Shown piece after piece: positions 24,255-35,877 of a DNA stretch of 64,000 bases (position 1 is the stretch's first letter; each line of letters starts with the position of its first letter). The notes beneath the pieces were generated by a model that ran no database searches, was not told the DNA's origin, and saw only the letters and a program-made list of their open reading frames with translations. The DNA comes from Eledone cirrhosa (lineage: Eukaryota). A program made the position numbers and the translations under genes. The stretch lies in assembly GCA_964016885.1 (NCBI GenBank), contig OZ024765.1, positions 1,178,001-1,242,000 of the forward strand, given 5' to 3'.

Positions 24255-25172
24255 GTTGAACAAACAGGTGACGATCGGGCACTGGCAAGGCACAGCTGCA
24301 AATCAGGCCGTTTGTTTACAAATGAATCAAGCATTATTATTGTCCCTTTACAGTCCGAGTTCAAATCCCGCTGAGGTTAACTTTGCCTTTCATCCTTACG
24401 GGGTCGATAAAATAAAGTACCAGTAATGTATTGAGTAATTGCTGGCCTTGTGCCTAAAGTAGAAACAATTATTATTAATATTCGAATTAACCCATACTTA
24501 CATATGTATATATATATGTGTGTGCGTACTTATATATATACATATATAGATATATGTATGTATATATATATTATTTTAAATGTTTTTAACCCAAATATTT
24601 CTAGAGAAGGGCCTCACATTACATATAGCTTAGAGTTTCAGCAGGAGAAAGTCAGACCCTACCTTGATAGGGTTGTAGAATCTGTCTCACACTCCAAATA
24701 TTTCAACTATTAACATTTTTGGTAAATCTATAGATAGGAAATTATTTCTTTTTTAAAGATTCTTTGTGCGTTTTCAACGAATCTGATCTCCAATTCAGTC
24801 GGAAACAAAAGACGGAAAAAGAGGTTGGGGGTAAAATTTGGGAGTTTCAGTACCACACTAGTCTAACCTTCAATGGGAAATGTTTATTCTTCTTACGTCG
24901 ATTTTTATTTATCGATTTATTCATTTATTGTGTGCGTTTTCAATGATTTTGATCTCCAAATACATCGGAAAGGAATCCTTCTACCTTTCGTTTTCTAAAG
25001 AACGAATCTTTGCCGATGATTTTAGGGGTCAGATTTGTGGAAAACAAGTAAAAAAAACCCTAGGAATAAAAATGATTTCCTATCAAACTAATATACACCC
25101 ATATATACATGCGCTAATACATGTATATGCGTGTATATATATATATATGTATATATATATACGTGTATATAT

Positions 25173-25216
<44 letters not shown>

Positions 25217-25522
25217 TCTATACCGATTTATGAAGATCGGTATATATATATATATATATATTCATATGTTAAAGGTAAAGGAAAGAAGAGTGCTCTATGT
25301 ATAGTACAGAGCTATTTAATTATATATATGTTGTTTTTTCTTCTTAATTTATTTTAAAATATCCAAATGCAGACGAATTATTAATTTCTTGTATTTTTCA
25401 ATAAATTAAGCGAAAGAGGTAAAAAAAGGATGAAATAATAAAGAGTTCCACAAAATTAATTCAGAAACGAAAATTAATATTGTTTTTCTCATTGAGTTGT
25501 TTCCCCTATCATAGTCCTTACT

Positions 25523-25531
25523 TCCTTTTCC
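25523..25531 (+). promoter_or_regulatory. TCT initiator / 5'TOP pyrimidine tract of RPL13
   Basis: CTTCCTTTTCC matches the YYC(+1)TTTYY motif typical of ribosomal protein genes and is followed by a GTAAGT donor at 25549. Confidence 0.75.
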
Positions 25532-25548
25532 GGTTTACGTACGATCGT
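25525..25548 (+). other. RPL13: RPL13 non-coding exon 1
   Basis: TOP start plus a consensus donor. Exon 2 begins at an acceptor 8 nt before the ATG, which requires an upstream exon. Confidence 0.72.
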
Positions 25549-25990
25549 GTAAGTATAGTCTTTCATTCCTCTCTCTAATATTTTCACAAAATCTTCATCC
25601 ATCTCCTTTCTAAAATATATTTTTAATTTACATTTTAATCACATTTGTTAAACATTCATTAACGCTTCATATTATCATATTTTTAAATATTTAAACCTTT
25701 ATAAATAAGATATTTTCCACCATATCTATCCACGCTACACTTTCTATCCATCTCTCTCTCGCTTCAAAACATGGCTTCATAGACATTTTTTCCGTATTTT
25801 TGTTTTTTTTCAAATATTTTAAATAATTAAATATCGAAAATAATTATAAATAAAGATTAATTTATGTATAAATTATATGATTTCTTGCTTGTCACATCCC
25901 AGTATTGAGAAATGTTGCTGTTTTAGTCAGGTTAATTCGCACATGTGGATATATAAACCTGATTAGTTCTCCCTTAAGATAGATCTTGTG

Positions 25991-26041
<51 letters not shown>

Positions 26042-26640
26042 ATAAATGTATATATATAGTTAGATGTTTCTTATATATACACGTACACATATTTACATGT
26101 ATACGTGCGTATATATAACTAAACATCCGTATATATATATAGTGTGTAGATGTTGACTGGGTATATATATATATGTATGTATACATATATACACTGCAGA
26201 TGTTGACTATATATATATATATATGCGTATATATTAGTTGAGTGCTCCTAAAATAGATTTGGCGGATATATATATATTGTATATTAAGACCATTAAAATG
26301 TATAGATCGATGTTATATATATATATACATACACACGTATTAGCGGAAAATCTGTATTTTAGGAGTACTAAACTATGTACACATGTATAAGTGTAGACGT
26401 GTGTGTGTGTGTGTAGCTTTAATAAGTTGCTATTGTATGTGTATATGCATATGTGTGTGTACGCGTGTATATATATATATATATATATATACACACGTGT
26501 ACATTTATTTAAAATTATACACAGATTTTGCGCTAATACGTATGTGTGTGTGTGTGTATATATATATATAATTTTTAAATACTATACACATCGTTTTATG
26601 AATATCGCTATATATGTGTGCGTATATATATATACATGAA

Positions 26641-26671
<31 letters not shown>

Positions 26672-27493
26672 GAATGTGTGTATATATATATATGAATGTG
26701 TATAAATATATATATGAATGTGTGCGTATATATATATATGAATGTGTGCGTATATATATATATATGAATGTGTCCGTATATATATATATATGAATGTGTT
26801 CGTATATATATATATATGAATGTGTGTATATATATATATATGAATGTGTGTGTGTGTATATATATATTTAATGAGCTATATCTCTATATAATATAGAGAT
26901 ATAGCTCATTAAATATATATATACACACACATTCATTTCATATATATACACACACATTCATATATATGTGTGTATATATATATATGAATGTGTGTGTATA
27001 TATATATATGAATGTGTGCGTATATATATATATATGAATGTGTGCGTATATATATATATATGAATGTGTTCGTATATATATATATATGAATGTGTTCGTA
27101 TATATATATATATGAATGTGTGTATATATATATATATGAATGTGTGTATATATATATATGAAATGAATGTGTGTGTATATATATATATGAATGTGTGTGT
27201 AATATATATATATGAATGTGTGTGTATATATATATATGAATGTGTGTGTGTGTATATATATGAAATGAATGTGTGTGTGTGTATATATATATTTAATGAG
27301 CTATATCTCTATATTATAATAAACAGTAAAATATTTTATAAACTAACGAGTAGTTGGTAGGTTTGTATGTCGAGTTGGAATTGTGAAGATGATGTGTATG
27401 TATATATATATATATATATACGGGAGCTTCCAAAATAATGGTTGCGTTCTCTAAGGGAATGTCAATATTTATTTATAAAACTGCTCTATATTA

Positions 27494-27558
27494 TATTTTA
27501 TCTGATGAAAGCACACCATAATTTAACTTGGTGTCCTTGAAATATGTATAATGAAATA
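27494..27558 (+). ncRNA. Type I hammerhead ribozyme motif (family B) in RPL13 intron 1
   Basis: TATTTTAT-CTGATGA-AAGcACACCA..TGGTGTcCTT-GAAA-TATGTA-TA-ATGAAATA. Confidence 0.75.
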
Positions 27559-28784
27559 AATATAGTTTCCATTTATTAATATCGTATTTTTACTCCAATT
27601 AATTGTTGAGTGCTTTATATCAGTTATAAAAATATTTGCTTGTTGTATCCCAACAATTTAAATAGAACTTTTACATATATATATATATTGATGTGATTTG
27701 AAACCCCGTATATTACTGTAAATGTGGCCACATGGTCCAGTGGTTAGCGTGTTGGACTTCTGATCATAGTGTGTGGTGTGTTCCTGAACAAAACCTTTCA
27801 TTTCATGTTGCTCCTGTATAGCATACTCGGCTGTAGCTGGGGAGCTATACCTGCGATGGACTAGCATCTTGTCCCTTTTATAAGGACTGAACACCATTAA
27901 CATCGATCTATTCATTAGCAAATCATCATCATCATCGTTTAGAAGGGAATTGTCCCACTTGAGGCAAGATTGGTCGGGTGACCGTGTCTCGCTCGTATAG
28001 GGCTGGCTATCTGGCAGGTTTTCTAGGGTGGGATGCCCTTCCTAACACGAACCATATTACAGTGTGGACTGGGTTCTTTTGCCGTGACACCTACACGATA
28101 TCGGCAGACGCCGTGCTTTGACGCATAGAGTTACGGCCCTTGCCATTCTGAGTTCAAATCCCGCCGAGGTTAACTTTGCCTTTCATCCTTACGGGGTCGA
28201 TAAAATAAAGTACTAGTAATGTACTGGATAATTGCTGGCCTTGTGCCAAAAGTAGAAACTATTTGATTTATTTGGACTGGATGTTGTGGTACCGATTTTA
28301 TAGAGGAAGGAGGTGGCGTTGGTGGGAGGATGGAGTAGAGGCAGTGGGATGTGGGTGGGAGGGTGGAGTAGAGGCAGTGGGATGTGGGTGTATATTTGGT
28401 TAAGTCAGCCTACTGACTAGGTTTAACTTTGTACATAGGCAAGGTGGGTCTTCTGTATTGCTGCGTGACGCCAAAGATCTCGGTCCAGTGACATTGTCTT
28501 GGAGAGGTGTAAGGTCGGACTTTATCAGATCGCCCCAGGTTTTTCTGGGTCTACCTACTCCGTAACTTCCATCCATTTTGATCGCCCTGCACTTTTTTAT
28601 ACAGCATCACGTGACCATACCAACGTAGTCTTTCAAGTATACAGCATCTGATCCCTCTTAGTCCTAATTTATATTCTGTTTAATAGTAAAGGTGATGTTA
28701 AAACAAATTTAAATATTTTTTTCTGCTAAATAATTATGTTAAGATTTAATTAATTAAATAAATTCTTTTATTTCAGTTCTTACA

Positions 28785-29030
28785 ATGGCACGTCTTGGAA
28801 ATCAAACAGTGCCCAATGGTCACTTCCATAAGGACTGGCAGCGCTATGTCCGAACCTGGTTTGACCAGCCGATGCGCAAGAAGCGCCGGGCGAGAAGGAG
28901 GATGCAGAAAGCTAGGAGGGTTGCCCCCAGACCAGCAGCTGGTCCTCTCCGACCCATCGTCACATGCCCTTCCATCAAATACAACATGCGTGTTCGTGCT
29001 GGACGTGGTTTCACCATTGAAGAGTTGAGG
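28785..29030 (+). CDS. RPL13: 60S ribosomal protein L13 (eL13), coding exon 1 of 3
   Basis: [32 protein letters not shown]...[12 protein letters not shown]. Acceptor TTTCAG ends at 28776; donor GTAAGG at 29031; phase 0. Confidence 0.97.
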
Positions 29031-29087
29031 GTAAGGACTGTGTTGGTTGAGAGAAGGTTGTAGACTGTGTGGTGACACACCTGTATA

Positions 29088-29280
29088 TATTTAATATAGA
29101 AAAGGCTTCTACAGGACTAGAACTGTTTCATTCGGAAGAAATCATCAGGAAAGCCCTGATGATTTCTCCCAAATGAAACAGTTCTAGTCCTGTAGAAGCC
29201 TTTTCTATACTAAATATTTATACTCTGCTTTGTATTGAGTACCTTACTTACTGTGGTTATCCCCGATTGGGCCAGGGATA
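29088..29280. mobile_element. Inverted pair of Penelope-like hammerhead-bearing fragments (family A)
   Basis: Arms of about 60 bp around 29150-29154. Hammerhead core on - (29104-29155) and on + (29156-29200). Flank homologous to 7470-7586. Confidence 0.72.
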
Positions 29281-29517
29281 AGCATATATATATATATATA
29301 CACATATACAGTGAAATCCCGTTATAACGAAAAAATGTTCATCATAATAGTGTAATTTTACCTGTTTATATGTGTGTGTGTGTGTATATGTATATATATA
29401 GACGTGTATATGGTCTTCAATGTGTTTGTCTCACTAATATCTGTGTGTATACTCTTTTTGCAACTATTTTGTCATTGAGGGGCTACCACAGAACCCATGC
29501 CAGTTAAACGATATACA

Positions 29518-30309
29518 TCTATATATATAAAACTGTGGTTGTCTGTCTGTCTATCGATTTTTGGCACACATCTCCTCTTAGAATCTCTCACGGAATTGCA
29601 CCGAAATTGCTATACTTGTACATTGAGCCCTAGCGAAGACATCGGAAAAAAAATATTTCAAATTGACCCACCCTATGTGACGAAATCGAATATAATGTAT
29701 CGATTTTTGAGCGTAAGTTATCAGTTATTTCCCTTTGTTCTGTTTACATTGAGCGTCTTACGTAAAAAATTACGCTGGCTTTCTCAGCAAAATATTGACC
29801 TGCAAAATTCATCAGTTCGAACACTAAGCTTCCGCTTTGCTTCATTTCCATTTAAAAGCATTTTAAAACAATATTTTTACTTGAAAACAAGTCTATTTAA
29901 AGACTACGTAAAACAAGCAAATATTTCGTCGTTAGGCGTGCAGAGAGGTGATATACGCGTGCAGACAGTCGTGCAGAGAGGTGATATAGGCGTGCAGACA
30001 GACATAACTGATAATTTGGTTACGCTAATGTTTTTCTCTGCGTTGCAGTGTTTACATTTTCGATCTTTGTTAATAAATAACCAGTGCAGTTTCTATCCCC
30101 AGCATCCTCTTTTGTTATAACATTCGGGTTATCGTTATGTTTTCTTAACTTCATAAGGCATATTGTTGGTTGAGGGAATATTAATCAAAAACACCACATG
30201 CAAGTCTGCACAGTAGACACTACAGTTTTTAAGCCAAGAAAGAAACTTAACATTGTAACTTTAACACAGCTACTGAGCGACCCCGAGCAACGCCGGGCTT
30301 TACTGCTAG
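29518..30309 (+). mobile_element. Non-autonomous Helitron-like element in RPL13 intron 2
   Basis: A|TCTATATATATAAAA start, (GTCT)n nearby, subterminal hairpin CCCGAGC-AAC-GCCGGG and a CTAG|T end. Confidence 0.75.
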
Positions 30310-30745
30310 TACATGATATACATATATATATATATTGATCAAAATATAATTATTTCAATCATAATACCATAAATGTATATATACACAACACATACAATAT
30401 ATATATATAAATAGATCTAAATATAATTATTTTAATCATATACCAGAAATGTATATATACATTCATACATTATAATATATATACATACATTACAATATAT
30501 ATATTTATTAAAGTTTAAGCAAAGAATCGCTGCTTTCATCCTTAGCGGATCAGAGTGAAAGCAGCGATTCTTTGCTTAAACTTTAATCTGTTATTTTAAT
30601 AAATATTTGCTCTACGGTTCTTATATATTTATCCTTATCGAGCCCTCTTTGGATTTTAGTCTCCACATTTATTATTATTACTATGTATATATATATATAC
30701 ACACACATACAATACAATACAATTCTTTCCGTATTTCTTGTATAG

Positions 30746-30919
30746 AAAGCTGGCATCAGCAAGAGGGAAGCCCCCACAATTGGCATTGCCGTAGATTACA
30801 GAAGACGGAGTATGTCTGCAGAGGCTCTCCAGTGTAATGCTCAGAGACTGAAGGAATACAAATCCAGGTTGATTCTCTTCCCCAGAAAGATGAGCAAACC
30901 TGGCAAGAAGGACTCTTCG
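30746..30919 (+). CDS. RPL13: RPL13 coding exon 2 of 3
   Basis: [58 protein letters not shown] between AG (30745) and GT (30920); phase 0/0. Confidence 0.96.
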
Positions 30920-30985
30920 GTAACTATGCCTTGTTTTTATTTATTTTGGCCCTTCACAAATACAACTGGGGTTTCCTATCATTAA

Positions 30986-31194
30986 CTCTTTAGCATTTAC
31001 TTTACTCTATATTTACTGTTGTATTATTTTCATGGTAAACCCTGCATTTTACATAATGTAGAATCAACAGGCTTTTGATATTTATTATGGGAACTATACC
31101 TTAACATAAGTATGAGCAGCTGATTGTAGTCGGTTTGAACAGAAAAGAGGTGAAAGAATTCTGGCCGGATATGGCTGGTTTAAATGCTAAAGGG
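30986..31194. mobile_element. piggyBac-type MITE (diverged)
   Basis: TTAA|CTCTTTAGCATTTA ... TAAATGCTAAAGGG. A further truncated copy lies at 35154-35340. Confidence 0.75.
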
Positions 31195-31503
31195 TAAAAA
31201 CACTCTAGAAACCTCCAATGAGATATAATCTTTTGTGGGGCCAGCTAATCTTATATATGTGAGCTGTAACATGACAGGACTGGGGTCCCTATCATTAAAA
31301 CACCCTAAAAACCTATTAGATACTACCTTACCTTGTATGGGGCTAGCTAAACCTACATAGGTGTGAGTTGTAATATGACTGGACTGACATCTCCAGTTGT
31401 GAAAATAGCCCCCCATAAAATTGTGTTGGAAGAGGGGTAGGTTGTTATAGAAAACCACAGCTAACTTTAGTTAGGGTTGGTGTGAGAAGATTTGGTATGT
31501 TAT

Positions 31504-31591
31504 TTGACCAGTCCAGTGATGATAAATCATGTACCACTCTGACCGTAGTGATGGACACACAAACACCCATATATCTGAGGATATTGGTCAA
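31504..31591 (+). ncRNA. Box C/D snoRNA, copy 1 (U32/snR40-like guide)
   Basis: Stem TTGACCA/TGGTCAA; C box GTGATGA at 31516; D' CTGA at 31539; C' GTGATGG at 31548; D CTGA at 31575. Sense strand in a ribosomal-protein intron. Confidence 0.88.
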
Positions 31592-31639
31592 CAGCTTTAT
31601 ATATTTGGTGGTGGTGGGGTGGGGTAATTTGAGCCGGGC

Positions 31640-32530
31640 TTGACCAGGCACTATATATATATTGGTGAGTACAGTTATTTTACTGTGGTGTAAGGTAATG
31701 TCTTGTTTAGCCCTGGGTATATCTTGACCAGGCACTATATATATATTGGTGAGTACAGTTATTTTACTGTGGTGTAAGGTAATGTCTTGTTTAGCCCTGG
31801 GTATATCTTGACCAGGCACTATATATATATTGGTTAGTACAGTTATTTTACTGTGGTGTAAGGTAATGTCTTGTTTAGCCCTGGGTATATCTTGACCAGG
31901 CACTATATATATATTGGTTAGTACAGTTATTTTACTGTGGTGTAAGGTAATGTCTTGTTTAGCCCTGGGTATATCTTGACCAGGCACTATATATATATTG
32001 GTTAGTACAGTTATTTTACTGTGGTGTGGGGTAATGTCTTGTTTAGCCCTAGGTATATCTTGACCAGGCACTATATATATATTGGTTAGTACAGTTATTT
32101 TACTGTGGTGTGGGGTAATGTCTTGTTTAGCCCTGGGTATATCTTGACCAGGCACTATATATATATTGGTTAGTACAGTTATTTTACTGTGGTGTAAGGT
32201 AATGTCTTGTTTAGCCCTGGGTATATCTTGACCAGGCACTATATATATATTGGTTAGTACAGTTATTTTACTGTGGTGTAAGGTAGTGTCTTGTTTAGCC
32301 CTGGGTATATCTTGACCAGGCACTATATATATATTGGTTAGTACAGTTATTTTACTGGGGTGTAAGGTAATGTCTTGTTTAGCCCTGGGTATATCTTGAC
32401 CAGGCACTATATATATATTGGTTAGTACAGTTATTTTACTGTGGTGTAAGGTAATGTCTTGTTTAGCCCTGGGTATATCTTGACCAGGCACTATATATAT
32501 ATATTGGTTAGTACAGTTATTTTACTGGGG
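31640..32530 (+). repeat. 84-bp minisatellite, 10 full copies plus 1 partial
   Basis: TTGACCAGGCACTATATATATATTGGTTAGTACAGTTATTTTACTGTGGTGTAAGGTAATGTCTTGTTTAGCCCTGGGTATATC at an exact 84-bp period. Confidence 0.95.
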
Positions 32531-33158
32531 TGTGGGGTTATGTCTTTAGCTCCTGGTGTGACTTGACCAAACTCTGCAGGATATTTTACTGTGGGGTGGG
32601 GTAGTGTCTTGTTTAGCTCTGGGGATATCTTGACCAAAGACCTACACATATATGTTGGTCAGTACAATTATTTTACTGTGGTGAGGTGTGTAGGGTAATG
32701 TCCTGTTTAGCCCTAGGTATGGGGTAAGGAAGCCACTGGTTGACTTTAGAATAAAACCCACTGACTACATCACATGAAAAACTACTCTAATACTACATAT
32801 TTTCACAATTTGTCCACCAGTAGAGGTACTATAAGCATTGGAAATAACAGACTCTTAGGTTATTGTTTGTTTTCTTTTTTTGCTAAATTAATATAGGGTG
32901 TTAAGTATTCAAAAAGGTTTTTATTTTTCACCTATATGTATATATATATTCGTGGGAAGCAGGTCCTGTCAAAAGCAACCATCTTCCATTGATCTGGCTG
33001 GGTCCCCAAGTGTGACCAGCTGATCTCATAGATGTTATTCAACCATTTTGAGGGGGTTTACCAGCCCTGGGTCCCCTGCTGGTTGGTTTTGTCCAGAAAG
33101 GTTTACCAATGAATATGTAGATTTTTATGAAGTAAAATCAGGTGTGGTGTGTTGTTAT

Positions 33159-33246
33159 TTGACCAGTCCAATGATGATAAATCATGTACCACTCTGACCG
33201 TGGTGATGGACACACAAACACCCATATATCTGAGGATATTGGTCAA
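33159..33246 (+). ncRNA. Box C/D snoRNA, copy 2
   Basis: As copy 1, with C box ATGATGA and one A>G change between D' and C'. Confidence 0.88.
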
Positions 33247-33906
33247 CAGCTTTATATATTTGGGGGGGGGGGGTAATTTGAGCCGGGCTTGGCCAGACTA
33301 TATATATATTGGTCGGTACAGTTATTTTACTGCGGTGTGAGGTAATGTCATTACCTCCTGGTGTGACTTGACCAAACCGTGCAGGATATTTTAAAAGTAG
33401 GGTAGTGTCTTGTTTAGCTCTGGGGACATCTTGACCAAACACTACACATATATGTTGGTCAGTACGATTATTTTGTGGTGGGGTGTGTAAGGTAATGTCA
33501 TGTTATGTCCTGGGTGTGGGGTAAAGAAGCGACCATGACTACATCACACGAAAGACCCTACTCTAATACTACATATTTTCACAACTATCTGTCCACTAGA
33601 AGAAATACTATAAACATTGGAATTAATAAGATATTTTTGCTAAATTATTACAGGGTGTTAAGTCTTCAAAAAAATTTTTTGTTCACCTATATGTATATTC
33701 GTGGGAGCAGAGACCTCAAACCACTCCTCCTAGCAGGTCCTGTCAAAAGCAACCATCTCTGATTGATCTGACTGATCTCATAGATGTTATCCAACCATTT
33801 TGAGGGGGTTTACCAGCCCTGGGTCCCCTGCTGGTTGGTTTTGTCCAGGTTTACCGATGAATATGTAGATTTTTATGAAGTAAAATCAGGTGTGGTGTGT
33901 TGTTAT

Positions 33907-33994
33907 TTGACCAGTCCAATGATGATAAATCATGTACCACTCTGACCGTAGTGATGGACACACAAACACCCATATATCTGAGGATATTGGTCAA
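33907..33994 (+). ncRNA. Box C/D snoRNA, copy 3
   Basis: As copy 1, with C box ATGATGA. Confidence 0.88.
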
Positions 33995-34146
33995 CAGCTT
34001 TATATATTTGGTGGGGGGGGGGGGTAACCTGAGCCAGGCTTGACCAGACACTATATATTGGTCAGTACAGTTATTTTACTGAGGTGTGAGGTAATGTCTT
34101 GTTTAGCTCTGGAGGTGTCTTGACCAGGCACTATATATATATATAT

Positions 34147-34450
34147 TGGCCTTGCAATCAAAAGGTTGTGAGTTCAATTCTCAGACCGGGTGATGTGTTG
34201 TTTCCTTGAGCAAGACACTTTATTTCACATTGCTCCAGTTTACTCAGCTGTAGAAATGAGATGATAGGGACTGGGGTCCCTATCATTCCACTGTAAAGTG
34301 GTCGTGGAGGTGCCACGGCAAAAAAGCACCCAGCACTCACTGTAAATGAGGTTGGTGTTAGGAAGGGCATCCAGCTGTAGAAATCAAGCCAGAATCAATT
34401 CCCGTCCCACCCTTGCAAGCAGGGAAAAGTGGACGTAAAATGAAATGATG
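34147..34450 (+). mobile_element. 5'-truncated CORE-type SINE
   Basis: Reverse complement of 107-447 lacking the A-box end. Inserted within an 84-bp-type unit. Confidence 0.85.
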
Positions 34451-34692
34451 GTCAGTACAGTTATTTTACTGCGGTGTGTCTTATTTAGTTCTGGGAGTGG
34501 GGTACTGTTTTAGTTAGCCCTGGTATTTAGTTAATGTCTTGTTTGGCCATGGGTATATATTGGTTAGTACGGTTATTTTTGTGTGGTGAGATGTGTGGGG
34601 TAAGGAATCAAACCCATGACATTAGTCCAACAACATTACCACTATACTACTCACCTCTTTAGGACAGGAGGTTATTTATAATATTTTACTGT

Positions 34693-34780
34693 TTGACCAG
34701 TCCAGTGATGATAAATCATGTACCACTCTGACCGTAGTGATGGACACACAAACACCCATATATCTGAGGATATTGGTCAA
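34693..34780 (+). ncRNA. Box C/D snoRNA, copy 4
   Basis: Core identical to copy 1. Confidence 0.88.
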
Positions 34781-35424
34781 CAGCTAAATATATTTGATAG
34801 GAGGGGTGGTGGCTTGTTGAGCTTGGCTTGACCAGACACTACATATACAACTTTATATGAGGCCCGCTAAACCTACATAAGTGAGCTGGAACAACATATG
34901 ACTGGGGTCTTATTAAATACCTGTGAAGCCTCCTATGAGATACAACCTTGTAGGACTGAGGTCCCCTATCATTAAAACACCCAACAACCCTATGTGGTAA
35001 AAACCGTGCTAAGCCTACGCCTGTGAACTAACAAAATGACAGGTTCTCTATCATTAAAACACTCTAAAAACCTATGAGATACAACCTCGTAGGAGGCCAG
35101 CTAAACCTACATAGGTTTGAGCTGTAACAACATAAGACTGAGGGTCTTATTAACCCTTTAGCTTTTACATTACCCTATATATACTGTTGTATTTTTGTGG
35201 TAGAAGCTTTACCTCAAATGATATTGAAGCTATGGGATTTTGATGTTATTTATTTCGAGAACAATGCCTTAACATAAGTATGAGTGGCCAGTTACAGCTG
35301 GTTTGAAGAGAAAGAGGTGAGATAATTATGGCCAGTTAAAATACCTGATAAACCTGCTATGAGATGCAACCTTTTGTGAGGCTAGCTAGACCTACTACAT
35401 AGGTGTGAGGTGGTGTGTTGTTAT

Positions 35425-35512
35425 TTGACCAGTCCAATGATGATAAATCATGTACCACTCTGACCGTAGTGATGGACACACAAACACCCATATATCTGAG
35501 GATATTGGTCAA
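35425..35512 (+). ncRNA. Box C/D snoRNA, copy 5
   Basis: Core identical to copy 3. Confidence 0.88.
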
Positions 35513-35789
35513 CAGCTTTATATATTTGGTGGGGGTGTCTTGACCAGGTCAGTACAGTTATTTTACTGCGGTGTGTCTTATTTAGTTCTGGGAGTGGGGT
35601 ACTGTTTTAGTTAGCCCTGGTATTTAGTTAATGTCTTGTTTGGCCATGGGTATATATTGGTTAGTACGGTTATTTTTGTGTGGTGAGATGTGTGGAGTAA
35701 GGAATCAAACCCACGACATTTGTCCAACAACATTACCACAATACCACTCACCTCCTTAGGACAGGAGGTTATTTATAATATTTTACTGT

Positions 35790-35877
35790 TTGACCAGTCC
35801 AGTGATGATAAATCATGTACCACTCTGACCGTAGTGATGGACACACAAACACCCATATATCTGAGGATATTGGTCAA
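35790..35877 (+). ncRNA. Box C/D snoRNA, copy 6
   Basis: Core identical to copy 1. Confidence 0.88.

Noticed and set aside
29497-30120. 207-aa ORF in RPL13 intron 2
   Set aside because: It lies in a Helitron-like non-autonomous element and has no recognisable domain.
31445-32491. 348-aa minus-strand ORF with a 28-aa repeat
   Set aside because: It is a by-product of the 84-bp (multiple of 3) minisatellite, antisense within an RPL13 intron.
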